Under the pieces are notes generated by a model, which did not search any database, was not told the origin of the DNA, and worked only from the letters and a program-made list of their open reading frames with translations. A stretch of 59,482 bases of DNA, counting the filler, from Platydemus manokwari (lineage: Eukaryota), in NCBI GenBank assembly GCA_037951405.1. It is 6 parts of 6 records of this genome, joined end to end, with 100 filler letters (N's around TTAATTAATTAA, not from the genome) between each part and the next. Parts side by side here need not be neighbours in the genome. Positions count along the whole stretch, not along the records: positions 48,001 to 59,482 come from JBBMOY010651097.1; 5 more parts are not named here. The stretch is one strand, 5' to 3'. The stretch's first letter is position 1. Each line of letters opens with the position of its first letter. A program made the translations under genes and the position numbers. Positions 48,918 through 59,482 of this stretch are shown here, piece after piece.

Positions 48918-51900
48918 GTATTTTATCATTGATTTATTTTTGTTATTTTATTTATTTTTCTATAACAAGGGTAAAATTTGATAAACAATAATAATTATTA
49001 TTATCATAATATTAATAATAATTGATTATATTTATTCATTATTAAACACTTACTTGATATAAGATGGCCTTAATTGAAAAATCATTAAATCCCAGCAACT
49101 AATTGCTTGTGGTATATTATCTTGTTTTAACTGACAATTTCATCATGTCTCCTTCACGAATGTTTTGTTTGAAATTGTTACAATATCATTTATATTGATT
49201 AATAATTATTGATAATAATATTAAAACCCAATCCAGTATATAATAATTATTGGCAAAAAATTGGTCAAATCTAAGTCATATCGTAGCATTAACTATTGAT
49301 GGGTTTGCTGATTAAACCATTCACAATTCCCATGGGTAGTGCATGGAATTCGTAATTCGGTCCATCCCACTAGTGCTGTAGGGAATGTCAAATTCAATAT
49401 TTAATAACTTATTGATGAACTCAAACTAACGATCGTTTCACTGATATTCACTTATCGCTTAATATTTATCCTTATGGATCTGTTGTGATTGGATTTTTAT
49501 TTCATATCAGTGTGTCTCTAATAGGCATGTCTTATTGGCTGTTATAGTAAAAATAAAGTCTAATGTAATAAATTATTTCGATAAATATTAAATTAATAAA
49601 TTTTTGCTTTCAATAATCTCTGATATTGAATTCAAATCAAAATTTGATTATTAATTTCCAATGGATTTAACTAATCTTTGTCGTTTGAGTATTGTTTCTC
49701 AATAAACCAAATAACTTGAACAAATCTGAATGATGTACTTTCGAGAAATTTTCAAGAAAAAAAAACTTCAATAAATAACATTGACATTTCTATTTTATTT
49801 TTTGATTGTTAAAATAATAGCTTTATGAGCTTATTTTTATCAATAAATAATGAAGCGATGCTGTAAATTATTGAGTTGTTTTGAAAAAAATATTTTTTTA
49901 TTATTTTTTATTACAAATATTAATTTATTTGCTTTGATATTTATTTTAAAAATTTAATAAAGAGGCTTGAGAATTCAATTCAATCAAGTATTCTTAACCC
50001 CATAAGTGTGAATTTATTTCAGAAATCATTTATGATATCGATTAAATGATTGTGCTATACTTGAAAATGTAACATGGCAATATTTGTATCTAAAAATAGC
50101 TCTTTATCTAATGACAGTTTCTTTATTTTAAACTCAATCATTCATATGGTAGACTTGGATAAGGAAATATTATTTGATAGAATGAGCACACAACATGGAA
50201 ATGTTTTTAAGACACTTCTCTACGACTTTTTGTTTTAATTGGTATAAATCCAAATTTTTTCAACGTTACCTATTTTTATAAATCATATTTTCGATAATAT
50301 ATGTTCCATTAAAAGTTTGGATTTTAAGGCATAGAATTACTAGCATAAGCAATGATTACATCAATTGTCTTGGATCAATAATAATAATCGAATGTTTAAA
50401 AATTCGAATCCAGTGACAAACAAATAAAGAAAATTAAAATTCGAACTCCCATATGGTTTATGAAGATCGAATAAAATTCGAGAATTGCGAACTACATTAA
50501 AATAATAATTCCAAATATTATCTTTTCATACATTGTATCACTGGAATTTTCAACTAAAAGAAACAGCTACAGAAAACCATTAAATTCAAACCGTAATCCT
50601 AGTTTTGAGAAGCCGGGCATTTAAAAAGTTATTTCAAATACTCTTTTTATAGAAGTCAGGATATTGTTCTCTTTCATGGAGAATTTGTAGACGATTTTCA
50701 AAAAAACTTTGGTTGGATTTGATAAAATAATTTCATTTGTTGGAGAAAATTAAACTTCATCAATTATATCGTAATTGGGTGGAGGATATTTGTTTTTAAT
50801 TCAAAGCTAAGACCCAATGATATTTCATTGATATCGTTTAATATTGCAAAGAAGAAGCTGTGAATCAAATGTTGAAATCTCACTTTTTAAAAAATATATT
50901 TGACATAAAATAGAATAAAAATTGCATTTTCATATCTTGTAAAATCTTGTGAAAAGGATCTTAATTATATAAATAATGATCGATCAGTTTAATATAAGTT
51001 GAAAATGATTTGTGAATTTACTTCCCAACAATTTGAAAATTTTCTTTAATTTTCAAATCATTGATTTAAAGAATATAATTAAACCAGTCTTATATCTTTT
51101 GTAAATTGTTTTGAGTGTAGAAAATTTAGACCAATCATTTTTGCTGAAATTTCGAATACTTTTTTTCAATTCAAAAACTTCTTCCCAACCTATTTTGAAC
51201 ATTGTAATACATTTAATTATTTGCCTCATTTTCGGGTTTTAGTTTAGTTTTTCATAACTGTGTAACCCAACTCAATTGAACAAGAACTTGAAATGAATTA
51301 AAATTATAGAACACTATAATCAACCTCTATAATTTTGCTTAGAATTGAGGAAATTTAATAAATCTGATATTCACCATAAGCTTTCCAGTATCTATACACG
51401 TTTGAGAACGACTGATTTATTTGTTTTCGTTGTTGATAAACACTAAATGTAATGAATATAGAGTGAAATATTTCTTTAAATAATACGATCTGAGAATTAA
51501 AAACCTGCAAATTATTTTATAAAGTCAAATTCATTATTTTTTGAGATTGATTCTTTAATTTCGAAGGCTAATTCTCGTTAGGCAACTTGTGAATTGTCGA
51601 ATCATCATTCAACTTTTACCATGGAATTATTTGTAATCAGAAATATTAGGCCCAAAAAAGTGGTATGATTTTAAAAGTAACAATTCATTATCAAAATGGC
51701 CCAGAAATAATATTAGGCGTTATGGTTCTTAAATGCACTTGATATTTTCTTACCATTAATAAGATCATCCCACTGACACACCAATTCATTGGAATCATCG
51801 ACAACCAACTGTTATCCGACGTCTATTTTCTCGTTTCGGCACACTTGTTGTGTGATTGGTTTAAGGTTTCATATTGGTTTATACATTCGATTGATTATTA

Positions 51901-54895
51901 GACTAGATTTATAAATTTATGGATTCTCATTGTCTTCCTACTGTGTCGATTTGAATATTTTTCTAATAAAATGATAATAAATGATAATTTAATTATATCA
52001 TTCAACTGTTTGATCTAAACCAATTAATTATGTCAAAAATGTAACATTTATTATTTCAAAAAGTTGTGTTGAAAATATATGCATTTCTCAATTTCTCTCT
52101 CTCTATGTGTGCGCCTGTAGATGATTTTATATATATTATCTATTCGCAATGAACATTATTTATCATGCGGTTTCATTTTTGATGATATCGTTTTCATCAA
52201 ATAAAAATGTCTGTCAAAATTTGGGTCTAGTTTTTATTTTATCTCAAACGAAAATTCCTTCATTGGTTATCATTTGATGAAAATATGATCAATTTATTAT
52301 TTTTAATCACTTTTCAAATATCTTTCATCCGATATCAATAAGAATTTACTAGCAAATCAAAAAAGAAAAGTCATTGATGAAATTTTAATTTGATCGCGTC
52401 CGCTTTAATATATGTATTTTTTGTAAAATGCGCTAGATTGAATTACGACGTTACAAATAACAATTGAAGAACCGATCCGATAAAAAAAATTGTATTTGAC
52501 ACTTTTTTGTCAGACTCATATTGTCCCCTCTATTCATCGGCGCCATAACCACATCATCGGTTTTTGTTAGAGATATTATTAATTCTCAAATATATTTCAA
52601 TATTAATTTTATCTGCCGCCGAAACGAATTTACATTATTTGAACGTTATCATGGTTTATTTCATTCATAAGAATAAACAATTCGGGGTTTGTTTTCAATC
52701 TTCGATTACAGTCGATTGGATTGACGGGAAATAAATTGAGATTTATTTATCGAAAAACCAATTTTATTATATTGATTTAGATTTGATTTTTTTCATGTTT
52801 CAGGGAATTTGGAGGAGAAATGCAATATTTTTCAATTATCTTTTCTTTTTTTTTCATTTTTTTCTTCATTATTAAATATTGGTTGTTTTTCTCTCTTTAT
52901 TTATAGTATATCTATTAGCAGGAATGAAATTTCATTATTATATTTTGGTGATAATGTTTGTAACTTAAAACTTTCATGGGTTATTTATGGGTGTGTATGT
53001 GCTGATGGATGCATTTTTACTGTATGAGATTATTCATTTCAGTTGCCATCTTCTATATTTACAGGATTCATCATTTCTGATAACCGATTTGTTTTATCTG
53101 GTTTATGTTTATATTATATTGTAAACATCAATTTCATTCTATATAATTCTGTTTCATTTGAAAAGGAAAATTTCTCAACTCGAATAATAAATGGGAAATT
53201 TATTTTATCATTTTGTACGAGTTACTTTTCTAATATATTGCTCATAATAAATTTCCTCATATTTTTATATTCGTGTGAATGATGGATAAATATATCCATT
53301 TTATCCTTTGAAATTTTAATGTTATGAGTGTTAACAGTTTGAAGGGTCTATTCTATTCTAATAGTTTCAAACTGATTAAGATGCTTGGAAATTTGATAAA
53401 TTTGACATCGATATTATGTAAAATTAAAATTTCTTGATCTGTGGGCCTTCTTTTCGACACTCGGGTTTTGATATTGTTTATTATTATTAATATAATTATA
53501 TATTTAATAAATAGAACTAGTCTTGTCCAAGAATATATACCACCTTGGATCTTGGATTATTGCAATATTTTTCGGAGACCATAACATAGTATTATAATTA
53601 TTATTTTTGTTATTATATCAATTATTTCTTTATTATTCTCTTTATATATAGTATAACCAATATTAATATTATCATTATTTTTAGTATCATTGCTATTACT
53701 TTCATTTATAATTAAATTATTTTATTATTATCATTCTTGTTATCATGGACAATATTATTATTGTTATTTGTATTATTTTCGTTGTTTTTATTAGTATTAT
53801 TTCCATTATTTATTATTTTATTATTATATTAATATTAAAATTATTATTGTCATTATAATTATAAGTATTTCGATTATTATTAATATTCCAACAAACTTAA
53901 TTGTACAGTATATAAAATCTATTTATGATTTTACTAAATGTAGTAAAACAATAAATTATTTAATATTTTCAAAACTCATCTCATCTGTCCACTGGAATTT
54001 CTTCTAACGTTGTTTAATGATTCTCTAATCCCATCAAGAAATTTCTTGAAATCATATTTAATAATGAAATAAATGCAATTTGATTCTGCAAAAATTCTAT
54101 TAAAATAGAAGCGAATATTTTGAGTTGGTTTCTTTATTGATTAAAATCATCATCATCATGATAAATTATCGATAAATACTTTGCTATAATATATTCTTTT
54201 ACATAATATTTATAACAAAGAAAATAATATTGAAATAATCGATAGTTCTATTTATATATATATATTTATAGTATATGTTATGGCTTAACCAATGCGGTTA
54301 CAACGTTGCTGGTTAGATAAACAAATATTAGAACTGTTGAATTTCATAAAACAGCAAATAAAGATTTTGTTCATAAATAATGGAGTTATATTTTCGGAAT
54401 TTCCGTTCATGGATTAAAATATTCGTTTGTTAAAATCAACTATTCATGGGTTTTAATCGATTTATTTTAATTTTTATTATATTTTTGATTTGATACAAAA
54501 TTGTCTCATTTTTTAATTTAATAAACATAATATCTATGAAGAATTAATTGTAATAATTAATTAAGTTTTCCTTTTCGTATCATCTCATATGGTGATCAAT
54601 TTCATTGTATAACCATGAGTTATCTCTTTGAATTATCTGTGTTATTGTTGTTGTGAGAGAGAATTTTATTTGAATAAAATAAGACTGGGTTTTATTTATG
54701 TTTTTTTCAGGATTTCACAATAGCCTTTTTATCTTATGTGGGTAACGTAGATTCGTAGCTCATAATTCCATGATATTGATTTGAAAAATTATTTCTATAC
54801 ATCGTTTTATTGATCTATTTAGTTTTTATTTATATTTTCTTTATTTAGTAAAAAAGTTGTATTTATTTTCCCTTTAATATCATTTTCATCGATAG

Positions 54896-55212
54896 GTCAT
54901 CAACAGTAACAACAGGAGTGCGCTTGCTAGTTGATGGAGTTAGATTCATAGTAGATCCTGCCATGTTGCGAGCATATCCCAACACAATGTTAGGGAGAAT
55001 GTTTTCGTCACCACTCAATGTGAATAGAACACCCGATGGTGACATACCGCTCGCAGAAGGCATTTCTGCATCGGTTTTTGGAATTTTATTAGATTATTAT
55101 CGTGGTAAACCAATGCGTTGTCCTGCAGCTATTTCAGTTCAAGATTTAAAGGACGCCTGTGATTATTTCCTCATTCCATTCAGTCATCAAACAGTTCGTT
55201 GCAGCAATCTAC
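54896..55212 (+). CDS. BTBD10: BTBD10/KCTD20 family protein, BTB domain exon
   Basis: Reads VRLLVDGVRFIVDP...PNTMLGRMF...AEGISASVFGILLDYYR...RCP...DACDYFLIPF...RCSNL-C|gtatga, diagnostic of BTBD10/KCTD20. Confidence 0.93.
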
Positions 55213-58130
55213 GTATGATGGTTTTAATAATAATTTTTAAGTTTTTAACTTAATTAATAATGTTAATATTAACTTGAATAATAATAATAATAATAATAAT
55301 GTGATAAAGGTACAAATATTTTTTATAAATGTCAATATAATAATAATAATAATAATTAAGGGTAATAATGTATTATACTGCTGTTAATAATAAGTACACA
55401 TTATATCACATGTTCATTAATACACCTACATAATAGACAATAATATTACCTTGATATACTAAATTAATGGGATTTGATATTAATATCACCCAGTGAAAAT
55501 TGACTTTTTAGTGACATACTATTTCCTACAAAAACAAAAGTGAAGGATTTTCAATAATTCTTTTTACACGCAAAACATGCGATTTCTATTAATAATAATA
55601 ATAATAATAATATTATCAATAATTCATTATTCTCAAATCTATTCTGAATTTTCTGTGAAATTTTGGTTTGTTGACAAAACATATTATTGTAATAAAACTT
55701 GTGTTGATTTCATATGATGAATTACATCGATATGTAATGATATAATTGATGAACTTGAAAATGATTGATTGTACTATTTCTGATCCATGTTTTGTAATCA
55801 ATTTATGATCAGAAAAAATTATGATTCAATATGTAATTGATCACAGAAATTAATCGCAGTCTACTTGTACAATTATCTTTATATGAACTCTATTGATAAT
55901 TTGTCAACTAATAATTGTTTCAATTCATCTTTGATTCATTTGATAGAAGTTCTTTTTTTTATTATTGATCTCGATATCAATTGGTTTAATGATATGATTT
56001 ATTTCTATTATTCTTTAAAACGGTATTCATTCTCACAACCAATGGGTTCATTGACAATGAATTAGGTAATGAAAATGATTCTGTGATATACATGTAAGGA
56101 TTTATAATGAATTGAAATTTGAAAAATCATGAAATCAGATTTTTATAAAATCTTCAAAAGTAAATTAATATCGATAACTTTTTAGTTCCTATTCAATCCA
56201 TCCTTTATAAAATAGTAGAGACTTATATATACAATATCATATAAATATACAATACCTGGTTGTGTTTATATAAGCAATAAAGCTGGCAGTTTAAGATTTA
56301 TTAATAATAATGATAATAATAGCTATTCGTGTACATATTATGGACATAGGAAATATATTCACTTTATTATTAAACCAAATGACAAATATAAAACAGAGCA
56401 ATATCTGAGAACAATTACAACTTCATTCAAGAATCCACATTCCTTATTATCCAATTGGTTATTATATTGAACATTTCGTGCATATTCTATGAGAATACAT
56501 TGTACATTATTTTTCACAAGTTTATACTTCGGTTTTATTTATTGGAGAAACAAAATTCTTCCTCACAACTTTCTCCTATCATTACATTTGTTAATGTGGC
56601 TGTACATAGGGATCAGAACGTTCATTGTCACTCCCATCGGACATCACAAGGCTTTCATCTTATTTTCATTAGATCTTTCTATCTAATATCTAAAAAATGT
56701 ACGAAAAATTGAAATCATCTGGATATGTAAATATTATTGAAATAAAATAATACCAAATAATTACTATAGTAACATGAAATAATATTGCATATTGGTATTG
56801 AAATAGAAAGTGATGATCGTGGTGATAATAATATTTATCAATATATTGAGAAAATACTACCAAGGTATCCACCATCATTAATATGATGACGATAACATGC
56901 CGATGATGGTTGGTTTGATACATTGAGTTGAATTTAATAATGAATTCCACATTAATTTCAGCTTTGAAATCCACACACTCACACGCACATATATGTATGT
57001 GTGTGGATTTTTATTATGTGTTTATAATAACATGAGTTATTTTTTAACATATATCCTATATTCACCATATTTGATTGGTGTGTGATGTCAGAAGTTTTCA
57101 CGAGTTTTGGAGTCATTCAATTTATGGAGCTTTATTAAATATAAATTTATTAAACAATATTATTCGAAGACAATTGTTCTATGATATGTCACTTGAATGT
57201 GGTATCAGTTTATTGTAAAAGAAAAACAATTCTTAATCACACACATTAACACGCACACATTGATTATCATTTTAACTTGTAAGCACTTTTCCCGGTGAAC
57301 AGTTATAATACCAATGGTCAATGTTTACAGTTTTTCAATAATTATTTATTATATCAAATAAATACAAAACTTAATCCCATCATTATTAAACAGGCAATCC
57401 TTTTCAAATGTAAGTTTTTGTTTGAAAAATTTTATAAAAATTAAAATGAATTTATTTGTTTCAATCATTGATGATACATGGATATGTTTGTTTGAAGATA
57501 AACAAAATTGGATCGTTTATAAATTCAAAGAAAACAAATAATCAATGATAAGCAAATATATTGTAAAGCTAACATTGAGGCTTCTAGCAAAGCAAGTTGA
57601 AACATTTGTTTTTATATTGGATTATATTGGCTGCTGTAAATGATAATTTTATATTATAATGGCACCATATTTGAGGAGTTGTTTGAATCAAGACCCAATT
57701 ATCCATTTATAATGACCAGAAAACAATAATTTCCAATTTTTATTAAACTCTTCTACAACTAAATAACATAACGCTCGAAAAATGGGAATATTTAAACGGC
57801 GTCTTGTCTGTTATCGTGTGAAGCTCAAAGAATAGGAATAATAACCGTGAATAGATGTGTTATCGGGATAGATTTCATGATAACCGTGTCTAGCTCAGTG
57901 AATTAACGTTAAAGTATGACTGAAATATATATTTGATGAAGAAATTAATCGATTTTCTAATCAATAATTCAAAATATTATCGATTATCTTTCTATTCTTC
58001 GCTTTATAGTTATCAATAGAGATATTTATTCAATTATCATTGTTGATGAAAAAGAAATTTGTTTTGATTATTTTAAAAAATTGCCCAACGGAATGAATTT
58101 CAAATGATTTACGCTGATAATTTTTTCCAG

Positions 58131-58228
58131 GCTCATTTTTGCATGAAATTTCAAATGATGGTGCTTATGAATTATTTGAGCATTTCCTCGAAGAAGAAGT
58201 GTTGCCTCAAATGGTCAAATGTGCTCAA
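58131..58228 (+). CDS. BTBD10: BTBD10/KCTD20 family protein, post-BTB exon (gene continues beyond window)
   Basis: TTTTTTCCAG acceptor. Reads (R)SFLHEISNDGAYELFEHFLEEEVLPQMVKCAQ|gtattt, matching the family motif LHELSNDGA; phase 1-0. Confidence 0.92.
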
Positions 58229-58564
58229 GTATTTTTCCTTTATATTATATTATTATATAAATTATCAACAATTCTTGTTGTCATTGAATAAATTTATTGA
58301 GCACCAATAATCGGTGTAATGCATGAGCAAGCATTATAAAATCAATGAATTTTACGGTGTATATGATATGTTGCATTTATTTTTTCCATTTCGAACAATA
58401 TTATCTCTTAAATATTCATAACAAATATTATCTTTGATAATTTTTAAAATCTAATTTGTTTATCAAATCATTTTTATGAGTTAAAAATTCTTTTAATTTG
58501 CTAAAGTAAAAGCGGGAAGTTTACCGATTGCAATATTTTTGGTGATCTTAATTTTTACTATCAG

Positions 58565-58800
58565 TATAATAATTATTAATATTGTTTTTACTGATATTAT
58601 TATTATTACTAACATTGCTATTATTATATGCTATTACTATTTTTATTGGTATTACTAATATTATTATTATTGATATTATTATTAATGTTGTTATTATTGC
58701 TATTATTATTATGGTTATTAATGCTATTACTATTTTTATTGGTATTGCTGATATTATTTTTTTAATATATGAAATTTGCTATTACTGTTATTATCATTGA
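58565..58800. repeat. ATT-rich low-complexity tract with an internal about 38-bp duplication
   Basis: ATGCTATTACTATTTTTATTGGTATT occurs at about 58628 and 58721 within degenerate (ATT)n. Confidence 0.8.
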
Positions 58801-59482
58801 ATTATTCTTATTAAAGCTGATTAATTTTTTCTATAAAATTAATATTAAATAAAATTCGCATTGAAATAAAAGAATTCAGATTAAATGAGAAATTTTATTT
58901 ATTAAATATTTGTTTATAAATATATTTATTCTACTCAGAATAACAGCCCGCATTAATAATTTATATATATTATTGATATATTTTCTCAATATTTGAAATT
59001 TATTATTTTTATTATTGCTTGAATGCAGCCTTTTATTTGGAAATTCGATTTCATAAGAATTTTGAATTATAATTGATTTACTTCACGAAATTCCGAATAA
59101 TTTAAACAAAATTTATAAATCAGGAAAACCATTATCGCCAGTCTGTCATCGATTTTGTTGCTTGAGAATTTTTGTAAATCACATTTCATACTTATACGGT
59201 TTGATTGTGTCAGTCATTTTTAGATGATGATAATAATAATAATTATTATTATTATTGTTGAGATAGTTTATAAATAATAAATACGTGTGAGTATTTGATA
59301 AGATTATTCATTCACTTGTTGTTCGTTTTTGATTTCCATTAGTACAATTTACACTCGTTTCTTTGTCGATCATTTTACAATTCAAACCAATTACACAATA
59401 TCCACGTTAAATGTAAGAATCTGTTATTATTACTTTTCCCAATTGATGTATATATATAATGGATACGTTTAATATAATGGTG

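Noticed and set aside
51754-51808. Antisense exon candidate with a GTAAGA donor inside the BTBD10 intron
   Set aside because: Isolated, with no partner exons or homology.
54863-55063. Antisense ORFs over real coding sequence (also 43805..43990, 6811..6993, 7056..7250)
   Set aside because: Shadow ORFs of opposite-strand coding regions.
1-59482. tRNA, rRNA, snRNA, spliced-leader RNA or CRISPR arrays
   Set aside because: None recognised by eye; a covariance-model scan would be needed to exclude divergent RNA genes.

Overview
Very AT-rich, intron-containing eukaryotic genomic DNA. A freshwater planarian or similar flatworm is my inference, from 40-75 nt introns, AAT microsatellites, a NeSL-like LINE and a cecropia-type mariner end. 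The window is six segments joined by five identical artificial 100-bp spacers (44 N + TTAATTAATTAA + 44 N), so segments cannot be assumed to be linked. Manual splicing recovers five genes: (1) a complete two-exon gene for a 97-aa secreted precursor with signal peptide, acidic propeptide and a strongly cationic 6-Cys peptide with partial ShK-like spacing (1892-2225, minus; best novelty candidate); (2) the 3' end of a FAM166/CIMIP2-like ciliary microtubule-inner-protein gene; (3) the first two coding exons of an AMPK beta subunit that appears to lack the Ser108 equivalent; (4) eight exons of the DH-PH-C2 tail of long-form intersectin; (5) three exons of a BTBD10/KCTD20 homolog. Mobile DNA comprises a decayed RLE-type non-LTR retrotransposon, four hAT MITEs with 8-bp target duplications, a TA-flanked MITE, a mariner terminus, a probable solo LTR and Ty3/gypsy relics. 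Most entries in the ORF track are spurious. Protein family assignments come from my recall of motifs, not from database searches.
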